Shown here piece by piece: positions 21,377-34,900 of a DNA stretch of 64,000 nt. The translations under genes were made by a program, and so were the position numbers. Source of the DNA: Scyliorhinus canicula. Taxonomy: Eukaryota. The notes below the pieces were generated by a model. That model searched no databases. It worked only from the letters and a program-made list of their open reading frames with translations, and was not told the origin of the DNA. The stretch is from assembly GCF_902713615.1 (NCBI RefSeq), contig NC_052161.1, positions 114,802,636 through 114,866,635 on the forward strand, written 5' to 3'. Position 1 is the first letter of the stretch. Each line of letters opens with the position of its first letter.

Positions 21377-21914
21377 ATGGCGGCGGCGCCGGAGATGCTG
21401 AGTGAGCCGGAGTGGAGCGGCTTTTTCTCGAACTGCGTACCGCCACACAATGCGGAGAGCTCAGCCCAGGCGATGGCCGAGTTCGCGGTGAGGCACGCCG
21501 CCCAAGGCCGCAGGGTGGTGCTGGTTACCTCGGGCGGCACCAAGGTGCCGCTGGAGTCGCGGACCGTCCGCTTCTTGGACAACTTCAGCAGCGGCTGGCG
21601 CGGCGCCGTGTCGGCCGAGTACTTCCTCGGCCTGGGCTACGCCGTGGTTTTCCTGCACCGCCAGCGCTCCCTCTATCCCTTCTCTCGGCGCTACTCCGGC
21701 CTCAACATGCTGGACGCGCTGAAGGCCGTGCTGGATGCCGGAACCACCTGCTGGCGGGTGGAAGCCGACCAGGCAGTGCTGCCCGACATCCTGCCGGTGC
21801 TGCAGCGCTATGTGGCCGTGAGAGAGGCTGGACTGCTCCTACCCGTCGAATTCAGCACCTTATCCGATTACTTGTATCTGCTGAGGGCGGCGGCTCAGGC
21901 GCTCAACCCCATCG
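21377..21914 (+). CDS. PPCS: PPCS exon 1
   Basis: ATG 21377; donor ATCG|gtaggg. Confidence 0.95.
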
Positions 21915-24900
21915 GTAGGGCCATTAAGTAACTACTTGGGTACGGTAGCGTACTGGTCATCCACCTAGGGCTTCCGGTGGTCAATCAGTAAATACATAAC
22001 GTTAGAAGCTCTCTGTATGTTTGTGTTAGGTCAGCAGAGATGATCCGATCAGTTCTGAGTTACAGTTGTTTGCCCACTCTATTGGTCACAAAATGACATT
22101 GTATACCTGCATCTTTCTCGGCACTTTTCCAGGCCGACGAACAAGTCCTAAAGCTGTCAGAGGAAACAGACAGGAGCAAATGGACTTCCTGTACATTACC
22201 AGTCTATGGAATGGCTCCATTTGCTTCAGAACAGCCAAGTTCAATTAACCACGTAACATTCTTAAGGGGCTTTTACAAGGGTGGATGATGAGAAATTGTT
22301 TGCCCCAGCTGGGAAGTCTTGAACATGGGGACCATTCTTAATGGTCGTCTGTTCAGGACTAAAATGGAGAGAAACCCAAGTCATCTTGAGGGTGGTGAAT
22401 CTTTAGACTTCTGTACTCAGAACAATACTTTTCACTGTATCTCGGTACATGTGACAAATCTGAAATCTACCATAGAGGTGGATGCTCAGCGATTGAATAT
22501 TTTCAATATAACCAGGGGCTGGTTTAGCACACAGGGCTAAATTGCTGGCTTTTAAAGCAGACCAAGGCAGGCCAGCAGCACGGTTCAATTCCTGTACCAG
22601 CCTCCCTGAACAGGTGCCGGAATGTGGCGACTAGGGGCTTTTCACAGTAACTTCATTGAAGCCTACTCGTGACAATAAGCAATTTTCATTTTCAAGATGG
22701 AGATCAGTAGGTTTTTGCGTCCTAAGGAATGAAAAGGTATGGGGATAGCACAGGGGGTCAGTTGTGATCTTGTGGAATTACAGAACAGACTCTAAGAGCC
22801 AAATGGCCTACTCTAGCTCCTATTTAATCTGTTCCTATGTAGTAAGTCAGGCCTGTAAGTCAGGCGCACTAACAATTTGGAGACACAAGTTTCAATCCTG
22901 CCAGGATAGTTGGAGAATTTAAAGACAATTGATTTATATAAAATCTGGAATAATATCAGTAATGATGATTGTAAAATTGCCAGTATGTTATAAAAACCTA
23001 TCCAGTTCAATGTTGTTTAGGAAAGGAAGTATACCATGTCTGGTTGATCTGTGACTCCAAACCTACAGCAATGTTATTTAACAGCTTTCTGAAATGGACT
23101 AGCAAGCCACTCAGTTCTATTCAAGTTGGTAGTCAAAGATAATTAAGAATGCTCACGAAATACTGACCTTGTCAGGAACACCCACATAGTGAGCCTGAAT
23201 AAAAGATTGCTAAGATTTTAATGAAGTGTGAGGGTGGATGTGTGAAATTTTCAAATGCAAGATATGGATAATATATTTTAACTGACTCTAACAGATTTCT
23301 TCCAATTACAATCAGGAATGCCAAATCCATTCTATTCTCCCTTAACAGAAACATTGTTGCCTTTTCACTGGCTCTCTTCCTGGCTACTGAGGTTCAACCA
23401 GACTGTTCACTTCATGTCATTTTTGACCTTGATGAGCTTCTAAATTCAGTACACTGAAATGTTTACAGAACAGCCATTGAGCCTGTTATGCCTGTGCCAG
23501 CAGCCCACAAAGAACAACACAGCTTGTCCTAGCCCCCTGCCTTTGCCCTGTAAAATTATTTCCAGGTAATTATTCTAATCCCATTTTGAAAGCCACAATT
23601 GAATCTGCTTCCAGCACAGTATATCCTAGATCCTAACCACTCGTTGCATAAATAAGTTTTTCCTAATATTTTGTGGGTTTTTTGCCATTCATCTTAATGG
23701 GTTCTTGATCTTTCAACCATTGGAACAGTTTCTCCTTCTCTTGGTCAAGGGCCCTCATGATTTTAAACATCTCCAGCAAATCTTTTCCCAGCCGTCCCCA
23801 AGGAGAGCAGCCTCCAGTTTCTCCAATCTGTCCAAATAACTGAAATCCCTCAAATAATTTTTCTAATTTGTTCACCTCCTTGCCAAAGTGCTAGTGCCCA
23901 GATTTAGTCACAGTACTCCAGTTAAATGATGTTTTATAAAAGTTCACAATAACTTAAAAGATGAAAATCACTTATTGTCACGAGTAGGCTTCAATGAAGT
24001 TACTGTGAAAAGCCCCTAGTCGCCACATTCCGGCGCCTGTCCGGGAAGGCTGGTACGGGAATCGAACCGTGCTGTTGGTCTGCTTTAAAAGCCAGCGATT
24101 TAGCCCACTGTGCTAAACCAGCTCTTCTTTGCCTTTATACTGTTATGCCTCCATGTGACAAACAGGTGTTTTATGTTTTTAAATTACTTATCAATTTAGT
24201 GAGTCTTGTGATAAATATGTGACCAGAAGTCACATGGTGACTTAGTGGTGATCTGACTTATGGCCACTATAAAGCTGCCTAGAGAGTTGGCAGAAAAAAA
24301 GGTGTAGAAAAGAAGCAGAGGGGTGCTGCTTTGAGTTTTCGCCACTATCATTAGGGTGCCTCACCTTTTGACTTGTGTGTTGCAACCACTCATTTATGTT
24401 TAGTTTCTGTTGTTGGTAATCATGTCATTGTGGAGGCAGAGGTGCATTTATTTTTAGGTTTTTTTTGGTTTCATTGCTGATCTGTCAGCTCCTCAAACAG
24501 AGCCATGAACGGCTTCCACCTCACCTCAAAGCCATCCTTCGACCCCCTTAAGGCATTATTTTGTTTGTTTAACCTCAGATATCTCTGGGTTCCTATCTTA
24601 TCTTTTCTTCTCTACTTTCTTGACGGGAAAAACTGTTATTGACTGACAGACTTAATTTAAAAATTCTCTTTTGTTATGGCTAGAGGTTAATAACTTAAGC
24701 ATTGCCTGTGTCTGCCTGTAGACAACCTTTTGAAAGGTTTTAAGCTGTTACACTCTAATATAAAGCCCAGAATCCCATATACTCCCAAACCTATTTTTCA
24801 ACCTTCCCTGCCACCTTTAAAAATTTGCCCAATAAGTCACTGAAAACAAACATTCAGGTGCAGCAAGCAAATAGTGTTGGTCTTTATCATGAGAATTTGA

Positions 24901-27900
24901 GTACAGGCTTTAATTGTGTGGATCCTTGGTTAGACCACAACTAGAATAGTCTGTGCAGTTTTGGTTCCCTTGTCTTGGGAAGGATATTATTGTCAGAGGG
25001 AGTACAACAAAGGTGTATCAGACTTGTTCCTGGGATGGCAGGACTGTCCTATGAAGAGAGATTGTGAAAGCTGAATCTGTATTCTCTAGAGTTTTGAAGA
25101 ATGAGAGGTGATCTCATTGAAACATACAAAATAGATGCAGGTAAGATGTAGCCCTTTGTTTTTGGAGTCTAGAACCAAGGAACACATTTCCACAGAAAGA
25201 GGAACCCACTTAGGACTGAGATGAGGAGAGATTCTTTTTACTCAAGTGTTGTGAATCTTTTGAATTCTCTGCCCTCAAGAGAGCTCTGTCATTGAGTATA
25301 TTTAAAGCAGAGATTGACATTTCTAAATAGCAATCACAAAAGGGGGATAGTGTGGGGGAAAATACATTAAAATGGATGATCAGCTATGATTCTATTGAAT
25401 GGCAGAGCATGCTCAACAGGCTGAATAGCCTACTGCTGCGTACACCTCCAGGTATCTCTGGTTCTGTCACCGCATTAAAATTAACCTTTACTTTGTAGTG
25501 TCTCTAACCATTCTTCCTACCAAAATTAAAACTTTTTTTAATAAACATTTTATTGAGGTATTTATGGTCCTACAACAGCAAAACAAGCAATTTATAAATC
25601 CATAGTGCAGAAGTCGTCTTCTTCCATTACATGTCCCACCTTTGCTAACCCCATAATCTAAACTAAACTAACCGCCAGGCCCCCCCTTTCTGCCGACGGT
25701 TAATTTTCCGCAAAGAAGTTGACGAATGGCTGCCACCTCCGGGTGAACCCTAACAGTGCCCCCCTCAAGGCGAACTTGATTTTCTCCAAGCAGAGTAAGT
25801 TAGCCATGTCCGATAGCCAGGTCTCCGGCTTCGGGGGCTTAGAGTCCCTCCAAGCTAATAATATCCGTCTCCGGGCTACCAGGGAAGCAAAGGCCAGACC
25901 ATCTGCCTCTTTCTTCTCCTGGATTCCTGGATCTTCCGAACTCCGAAAATTGCCACCTCTGGACTCGGTGCCACCCTTGTTTTTTAACATCGTGGGCATG
26001 ACACCCACAAACCCGTGCCAGAATCCCCTCCGCTTTGGGCGTGTCCAAAACATGTGGACATGGTTCGCTGGCCCTCCTGCACATCTTGCACACCTATCTT
26101 CTACCCCAAAGAACCCGCACATGCGGGCCACTGTCATGTGAGCCCGGTGAACGACCTTGAATTGTATCAGGCTGAGCTTGGCACATGTTGTGGACGCGTT
26201 GACTCTACTCAGCACGTCTGCCCAGAGAGCATCCTCTATCTCTCCTCCCAACTCCTCTTCCCACTTGCGCTTCCGCTCCTCAGTGTGCATCTCCTCTGAC
26301 CCCATGAGTTCTTTGTAAATGTCAGAGACCCTCCCTTCTCCCACCCACAATCTAGAAACTACCATCCTGTATCCCCCTTGGTGCTAGGAGCGGGAAGGTT
26401 GAAACCTGCCTGCGTAGGAAGTCCCGCACCTGCAGGTTTCCCCTCGCCAATCCAAATTTCTCCTCCAGCTCCCTCAGGCTAGAAAAGCGCCCCTCTATAA
26501 ACATATCCCCCATCCTCCTCTCAATCCCTGCTCTCTGCCATCTCCAAAATCCTCCATCCATCCTTCCCGGGGCAAACCGACTCCAATGTGCCTCCTCCAT
26601 TATCCCCAAACCCTCAGGGCCACCACCACCACGGGGCTGGTGGAGTACCGTGCCGACGGGAACGGCAGAGGTGCTGTTATCAACGCCCCCAAGCTGGTGC
26701 CCTTGCATGAAGCCACCTCCACATGCTCTCATACTGACCCCACCACCCACTTCCTGATCATGGCTATGTTTGCCGCCCAATAGTAATTACTGAAGTTCCA
26801 CAGCGCCAGCCTGCCCTCCCCCTGGCTCTGCTCAAGTATCCCCTTTTTAAAAATAAATACTTCTGGCCTTTTGTGTACCTTCTATTTGAATTGCTCCATC
26901 ATTGGCAGCTATGTCTTTGGCAGGTAGGATCAAGGATAACCCTAAAGCTTTCTATAGATATGTCAGGAATAAAAGAATGACTAGGGTAAGAGTAGGGCCA
27001 GTCAAGGACAGTAGTGGGAAGTTGTGCGTGGAGTCCGAGGAGATAGGTGCTAAATGAATATTTTTCGTCAGTATTCACACAGGAAAAAGACAATGTTGTC
27101 GAGGAGAATACTGAGATACAAGCTACTAGACTAGAAGGGCTTGAGGTTCATAAGGAGGAGGTGTTAGCAATTCTGGAAAGTGTGAAAATAGAAAAGTCCC
27201 CTGGGCCGGATGGGATTTATCCTAGGATTCTCTGGGATGCTAGGGAGGAGATTACTAAGCCTTTGATCTTTATGTCATCATTGTCTACAGGAATAGTGCC
27301 AGAAGACTGGAGGATAGCAAATGTTGTCCCCTTGTTCAAGAAGGGGAGTAGAGACAACCCCGGTAACTATAGACCAGTGAGCCTTACTTCTGTTGTGGGC
27401 AAAGTCTTGGAAAGGTTTATAAGAGATACAATGTATAATCATCTGGAAAGGAATAAATCGATTAGAGATAGTCAACACGGTTTTGTGAAGGGTAGGTCGT
27501 GTCTCACAAACCTTATTGAGTTCTTTGAGAAGGTGACCAAACAGGTGGACAAGGGTAAAGCAGTTGATGTGGTGTACATGGATTTCAGTAAAACATTTGA
27601 TAAGGTTCCCCATAGTAGGCTATTGCAGAAAATATGGAGGCATGGGATTCAGGGTGATTTAGCAGTTTGGATCAGGAATTGGCTAGCTGGAAGAAGACAA
27701 AGGGTCGTGGTTGATGGGAAATGTTCAGCCTGGAGTCCAGTTACTCGTGGTGTACCACAAGGATCTGTTTTGGGGCCACTGCTGTTTGTCATTTTTATAA
27801 ATGACCTGGAGGAGGGTGTAGAAGGATAGGTGAGTAAATTTGCAGATGACACTAAAGTCGGTGGAGTTGTGGACAGTGCGGAAGGATGTTACAAGTTACA

Positions 27901-30133
27901 GAGGGACATAGATAAGCTGCAGAGCTGGGCTGAGAGGTGGCAAATGGAGTTTAATGCAGAAAAGTGTGAGGTGATTCATTTTGGAAGGAATAACAGGAAG
28001 ACAAGAGTACTGGGCTAATGGTAAGATTCTTGGTAGTGTGGATGAGCAGAGAGATCTCGGTGTCCATGTACATAGATCCCTGAAAGTTGCCACCCAAGTT
28101 GAGAGGGTTGTTAAGGTGTACGGTGTGTTAGCTTTTATTGGTAGAGAGATTGGGTTTCGGAGCCATGATGTCATGTTGCAGCTGTACAAAACTCGGGTGC
28201 GGGCGCATTTGGAGTATTGCATGCAATTCTGGTCGCCACATTATAGGAAGGATGTGAAAGCATTGGAAAGGGTGCAGAGGAGATTTACCAGGATGTTGCC
28301 TGGTATGGAGGGAAGATCTTATGAGGGAAGGCTGAGAGACTTGAGGCTGTTTTCGTTAGAAGGTTAAGAGGTGAATTAATTGAGGCATACAAGATGATCA
28401 GAAGATTAGATAGGGTGGACAGCGAGAGCCTTTTTCCTCAGATGGTGATGTCCAGCACGAGGGGACATAGCTTTAAAATGAGGGGAGATAGATATAGGAC
28501 AGATGTCAGAGGTAGGTTCTTTACTCAGAGAGTAGTAAGGGCGTGGAATGCCCTGCCTGCAACAGTAGTGGACTCGCCAACACTAAGGGCATTCAAATGA
28601 TCATTGGATAAACATATGGATGATAACGGAATAGTGTAGATGGGCTTGAATGGTTTCACAGGTCGGCGCAACATCGAGGGCCGAAGGGCCTGTACTGCGC
28701 TGTAATGTTCTATGTGACAAAGACAAAGTTTTAAAAAAAATTAAGAGGGATAAATATTGGCCAGGACACTTAAGGAGACCTCTTTTTAAATAGTGCATGG
28801 TATGTTTTGCATCCACCCGAGGAGAAGATGGGACCTCAGTTTATCATCTCATCTGAAAGATGGCATCTCCAACAATGCAGCACAATTGTCTTGGGACATG
28901 CACCAGGAGATAATGCTACTTCAGAAATAAGCCTGGTCAAAATTGGAGGATATTTTGTTCAAAGCTGTTTGTTCTATTCAGATTTACAGATGGAAATATT
29001 GTTCTCCACAATAATAACCGTTAGGTTTTTCATTAGTTGAAAATAAATTTTGCCTCTGTAGCATAAAGTATCACTATTCTCAAGACTGAAGTCAGAAGTG
29101 TTGTGGAATACTATGCTCCAGTACAAGAACAAGCAGTTACTTCATTCCAGCCACAAACAATTGAAGCTTTTTACTTCGCTCATATATATATATTTTGTCA
29201 TTAGAGGCCAGGAGTCCTGACGATTAGCTAGGTAGACCAATGCTGAAAAAATGAGCAAAGAACAAATGTCTGCAACGTAACTGATTTTATCTATTCAGTA
29301 AAATGGAGAATAATTTATACACTGCTGTGCCCTATATGAAATTTGTCAGATTACTCAATAGACAGGAAGATCTATTGGTTAACTAAGTACCTTTTTATTT
29401 CGAAAGGACATTGCATTATGAAGCAGTTGATTTGTAACTTTTTGTTCTGCAGGACCAAAAGCCATGTTTTACCTTGCAGCAGCCGTGTCAGATTTTTTCA
29501 TTCCTGCCTCTGAGATGCCAGAGCACAAAATCCAGTCAGGTGTTAGCCCTCTGCAGGTGAGTGTTACGAGGACTACTTGTTTAACCATCAGTCGAGGAAG
29601 TCCTCTTGTGCCCTCTAGATAAGGGGTTACATTTGTGCAATTTCCCATTTCCGTTCAGAGGACTGCCTCTTGAAGTTAGAGAATATTTAAAGCAAAGTAG
29701 CTGTTCTTGAAGAAAGTCTTGCAATTGTATGTGTGCATATAATGCAAGCTTTGTTTTCTTAGGCATATTGAATGTCAGAATCTGATTTGTTTTTCAAAAG
29801 CTAACTATGCAAATGGTTCCCAAGATGCTTACCCCTCTCGTGAAGGACTGGGCTCCTCAGGCATTTGTCACATCTTTCAAGTTGGAGACTGACCCTTCAC
29901 AGCTGGTTGCACGAGCACTTAAAGCTTTAGAAACTTACAGACATCAGGTTGTGGTTGCCAACGTCCTTGAAACACGGAGGGTGTTTGTTGTCATAGTAAC
30001 TGCTGATTCTCAAACTGACCTGGCACTTTCAGAAAATGAAGTGAAGCAACACAATGAAATTGAAGAGAAGATCGTTACACACTTGAGTGAATGCCACACT
30101 ATTTTTATGGAGAAAAGCAACAATCCTGCATAG
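21377..30133 (+). CDS. PPCS: Phosphopantothenate--cysteine ligase (324 aa, 3 exons)
   Basis: join(21377..21914, 29453..29556, 29801..30133), phases consistent. Motifs [59 protein letters not shown]. Confidence 0.97.
22514..22692 (+). mobile_element. tRNA-derived SINE, family B, inside an old CR1 3' remnant (~22250-22835)
   Basis: Full family-B head to tail; flanks resemble a decayed CR1 ORF2 end. Confidence 0.75.
23960..24122 (-). mobile_element. tRNA-derived SINE, family B
   Basis: Reverse complement of 22514-22692. Confidence 0.75.
24835..25440 (+). mobile_element. Old CR1 3' fragment
   Basis: Decayed VRP.LE..VQFW / LYSLE / RGDLIETYK-like sequence and a CR1-type tail. Confidence 0.6.
25532..26850 (-). 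mobile_element. 5'-truncated L1-clade LINE (related subfamily)
   Basis: ORF2 C-terminus 25700-26365 (QFKVVHR, CARC..H..W, LEKIKF, RRWQPF); AATAAA and A tail near 25532-25555. Confidence 0.9.
26910..28714 (+). mobile_element. 5'-truncated CR1 (HER1-like) LINE
   Basis: RT motifs [35 protein letters not shown], then LEYC.QFW; tail GGGCCGAAGGGCC..GTTCTATG; stops and frameshifts present. Confidence 0.93.
29453..29556 (+). CDS. PPCS: PPCS exon 2
   Basis: ttctgcag|GA CCA AAA GCC ATG TTT TAC...CTG CAG|gtgagt. Confidence 0.95.
29801..30133 (+). CDS. PPCS: PPCS exon 3 (to TAG)
   Basis: tttcaaaag|CTA ACT ATG CAA ATG GTT CCC AAG; AATAAA at 30200 and 30234 downstream. Confidence 0.95.
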   Translation, partial: LTMQMVPKMLTPLVKDWAPQAFVTSFKLETDPSQLVARALKALETYRHQVVVANVLETRRVFVVIVTADSQTDLALSENEVKQHNEIEEKIVTHLSECHTIFMEKSNNPA

Positions 30134-31851
30134 ATGTTTCCCATGATGCAAGATGAATTACTGAGGAATAATTGTATGATAATGGAATGGGCATATGTGA
30201 ATAAAGCCAGCTGGGAAATCTGGCATTATGCTTAATAAAGGTTTTCAAAACAAGCACTAACGTATGTAGTTCCGGCTAACTATAAGACTTAGCTTCTGAC
30301 TACATTAAAATTTCTTCCATGAACCATCATGAACTGATTGAAAGGTACCACTAGAGGTGTGTGCTATTTTATACATGGAAGGAGAAATGCAGAACTTTTC
30401 TGTAACTGTCAAAGGTACATAACCACAACATATTCTGTGATGGCATGGTGTGATTACTATTTAATCTATGTATCTTTTGAATTGGTTGAAGGACTCAACA
30501 ATTGCAGCTGTATTGCTGGAACATGATAAAACTATTTTACCAAGATAGTTGAATTCACTGGATGACTAGAACCAAATTTTGTAGCAGAAATCTTGACTAG
30601 CTTTCACAAATAACAACCAGAAAAAGTTGTAGGGATCTTTTGATCCCAAATTGAAATAAACTTCAGTGATGTATATTAATTATGCCATTTGTGATTTCTG
30701 TCCTGTGGTAGTTGCCACTCCACATCAGTACATTTACAGGGATAAGATACCCAGTTGTAGCAAATGTTTATTCAATGGGATTAAAGCAACTCTGCTAATT
30801 CATCCACATTTCCTCCTCTCCTGTGCTGATTCTTTGTGAGCCTAGAAAGTGAATGTTGATAGCTAAATCCAGTCCTACATGGCCAAAGTTTATATACCTT
30901 TTATTTAAGAAGCACTGAAACAAATAACCCAATGGGTTAACACTACCCATGGCATGGGTGGGTATATAAATGGAAGGGTTTTTGCTCTTCAACTCCCACA
31001 GGAACGTGTATTGATTCAAGTTCAGGACAATCTGGGCTCAGCTATCATCTCCAACTATGGATAAAGATTAGGGAATAACCGATTAACCTCATGAGCTCTG
31101 CGCCAGATAGTTTGTATCATCTGAATGGCTCAAAATTACCATTATCTGGTCAATCTTCAATAATTTGTTATTTTTTTATAATGAGGACAGAGCTTCTTAA
31201 TTTGCACTAGTGACTCACACAGCACTGAAGCCACTCAAGAACAGTCATCTGCAATAGCAGCAGTCAGGTAGAAGTTATTATGCAATGTGAAGTTTAGTAA
31301 ACAACAATTGACTGACACCTTTCCCCTTCATCTCCTCAAACAGCTGCCAGGAAATGTAATAATGTCTTCCTTGTAAATTTTTTTTTTAGGAATATCCCTT
31401 TATTCTGTGGAATGGTACCGTTACCGGCCAATGACATTCATACTTTGCATAGAATGAGGGGAATATCACCCCCAGCAGCAGTTAAGCAGAAAACAATACA
31501 AAGCCTGGAAATGGCCATGTTGTTGCAAATGCCTTAACACACACATACTAAACCTTGCCATCCTATTTTGATGGAGGTGTTAACTACTTTAACAAATGGA
31601 TTGTTGCCTCCATTGAAACAGATTGAAGATTTTAAAAATGTACATATACTATCATTGCAATTTCTAGGTTGCAACTCCTAAATGTGTGTTATATATGAGG
31701 CTAATGGGAATTACATGCTCCAGTAGTCCACTGCTTTATTATAAGCACAGTAAAAATGTACAATTTTTTAATTAAGCTAAATACAGTACAAAGGTCGAGC
31801 GGGTGCTCCCCTAGCTTCCAAGTTGCAGATATTTGGCAGGAAGCAGCAAGA

Positions 31852-31941
31852 TCACCGAAGCTTGGTGCTCTTCTTAACTCCAGCACGGATACCGGACAGC
31901 TCACCACCATATCGATGTTCCTCTCTACGGACCTCGCGTAC
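31852..31941 (-). CDS. UTP3: UTP3 exon 16
   Basis: [29 protein letters not shown]. Confidence 0.95.
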   Translation of the reverse strand, partial: VREVRREEHRYGGELSGIRAGVKKSTKLR

Positions 31942-34900
31942 CTGTATAATTAAAATATCTCATTAACTGGTGTAAACAAGTTGCGGCCATGGGTTTAATG
32001 AAAAAAATCTCAACACAAAGGAATATATCGTAGGTATATGTGCTTTAAAGTTTGGGGTAAATAAGAAATATTAGTCCATTTTGAGGAAACTATATTACCA
32101 AGGTATGATCCACTGGGATGCAGTTAGGAATCAATTCCAATTATGGATTCAGTGTGGAATTTGCACATTCTCCCCATGTCTGTGTGGGTTTCATTCCCAC
32201 AATCCAAAGATGCGCAGGGGAGGTGGATTTGCCATGCTAAATTGCCTCTATTGAAAAAAAAATTGCGTACTCTAAATTTATTTTAAAAATGTCTTTTAAA
32301 AAAATGTATTAATTCATGGATTCATTCATTCGTGGGCAGCACGATAGCATAGTGGTTAGCACAATTGCTTCTCAGCACCAGGGTCCCAGGTTCGATTCCA
32401 GCTTGGGTCACTGTCTGTGCGGAATCTGCACATCCTCTCAGTGTGTGCATAGGTTTCCTCCGGGTGCTCCGGTTTCCTCCCACAGTCCAAAGGTGGATTG
32501 GCCATGATAAATTGCCCTTAGTGTCCAAAATTGCCCCTCGTGTTGGGTGGGGTTACTGGGTTATGGGGATAGGGTGGAGGTGTTGACCTTGGGTAGGGTG
32601 CTCTTTCCAAGAGCCGGTGCAGACTCGATGGGCCGAATGGTCTCCTTCTGCACTGTTAATTCTATGATTATTCTATGATCTATGGAATGTGGCCAGCATT
32701 TACTGCCCATCCCTAATTGCCCTTAAAATGGTGGAGAGATGCCTTCTTGAGCGGCTGCAGACCCTGACGACAACTAATATTTTAGTTTGTCGGGCTTTAG
32801 CAAGATTTATCTTGAACCTTCTTAAGTATCATTAATTCAATTTCTAGTGCCTCTTCTCAAAGCTTAAGGAGTCAATCTCAGTTATTTAGTTGCCCAAGGT
32901 GTACCATCTCCAAAAACTAATATTGCAGCTGCGGTACAGAACATGAACATATTACTTCAATTGAACACCGTGTCACTGAGCACTACCATTCACAGAAAAC
33001 ATAGGGAAATGTCTACAAAGGCCAGGGGAGTCATTTCCATAGAATTACTACAGTGCAGAAGGAGGCCATTTGGCCTATCGATCTGCACTGACCCTCTGAA
33101 CAAGCACTCTACCTAGGCGCACTGCCCCTGCCCGATCCCCGTAAACCCGCGCATTGGTCAGAGCCAATCCACCTAACCTGCACATTTTTGGACTGTGGAA
33201 TGAAACTGGAGCACCCGGAGAAAACCCACGCAGACATAAGGAGAACGTGCAAACCCCACACCATCACCCAAGGTCGGATTGAACCTGGTCTCTGGCGCTG
33301 TGAGAGAGCAGTAGCAACCACTGTGTTACTGTTCCGATTTTATTCCATAGAACCGTTACAGCACAGAAAGAGGCCATTCAGTCTGTCTAGTCTGCGCAGG
33401 CCATAAAAGGAAACAAGCCCTTAGTTTCCTGTCATTGAGCCAATTTTGGATCCAACTCACCACCTTCCCTCGACACTTTTCTGACTAGTCTGTCATGTGG
33501 GATCCTGTCAAATGCCTTACTAAAATACATGTGGACAACATCCACTGTGCTGAACTCATTAGTGCTCCTTGTTACTTTCTCAAAACAATAATTTAGTTGT
33601 AAGACATTATCTTCACCGAACAAAATCATGCCGACTATCCCTGATGAATCTGTGCCTAAGTGATCGTTTACCTAATTTCTCAGAATTGATTCCAATAATT
33701 TGCTCACCACTGAAGTCAGACTGACCAGCCGAGTTTTCTGGCAAATGCCTTGCACCCTTTTTAAATACTGGCACAATGTTTGCAGATCTCCAATCCTCTG
33801 CTATCTCATCTGTATCTATTGAGGTTTCTTATGTGTCTCTTGAATACAGCTCAAGGCCTGAATTTTTGGAGGGGGGAATGCATCTCCACCAACTCCGATA
33901 GGCCCGCTGCCATTTCACGCTCAAATCAACGTTGATTGGCAACAGGCTTGGAAGGAAGTCCAGCCTTGGAGAGCTGTGGGTCAATCAGATTGGCCAACTG
34001 TTCTCCATTCAGCCCATCCGAAAAGTGGCATTATAGCAATGTGCCTGGGATGAAGTGCAGGGAGCCAGTGAGAAGGGAGTGTAAAATTCAGGACCAGGAA
34101 TTTTGTTCTCCTTATACTCTGCGCACTATTGATATTCCAATTGATAGTAGGGTAGTTGAAGTCCCCAAGTGTCACTGCCCTTTTTGTACTCCGAAATCTG
34201 CCTACATATTTGCTTTAATTCTCCTCCACTATTTAGAGGTCCTTAGTACACTCCTAGCAATGCAGCTGCCCCTTTTTCATTCCCGAGGTCAACTCGGCCT
34301 CATTTGATGCTTTTCAGTACATTATCCCTTCTCATAGGCGTAATCAATTCTTTAACCCATATTACTACATCTATCTTTTTTTTTTATCCCCTTCTCTATC
34401 CTGTCTGAAACTCTAAATCCAGGAATGTTGAGCTGCCATTTCTGACCCACTTTAAGCCACATTTCCATTAGTGATATGGTTGTGCTGCCATGAGTCGATT
34501 TGTGCTCAATTCTCCTATTTCTATGCTCCTAAATACATGGGACTAGGAGTATTCCTGAGATTACTGCTTTGGAGGTCCTGCTATTCAGTCTCCTTCCTAG
34601 CTCCCTGAAATTTGCTTTTAGGACCGCATTCCCTTTCCTACCCGAGTCATTGGTACTAAAGTGGAGCATGAGTGTTCGCTGATCATCCTGCCCTAGAAGT
34701 GCGTTCTCAGCAGCTCTGCGCCATCATTGTCCCTGGCACCAGGGAGGCAACATAACATTCTGTAGTCGTATTTACAGCCACAGACATTCCTGTCCCCCTA
34801 ACTAATAAATTTATTATCACTATTGCTCCTCCTTTCTTTTTCCTCCCCTCCTGTACAGCAGAGCCACCTGTAATGCCACAAACTTGGCTCTGATTGCACT

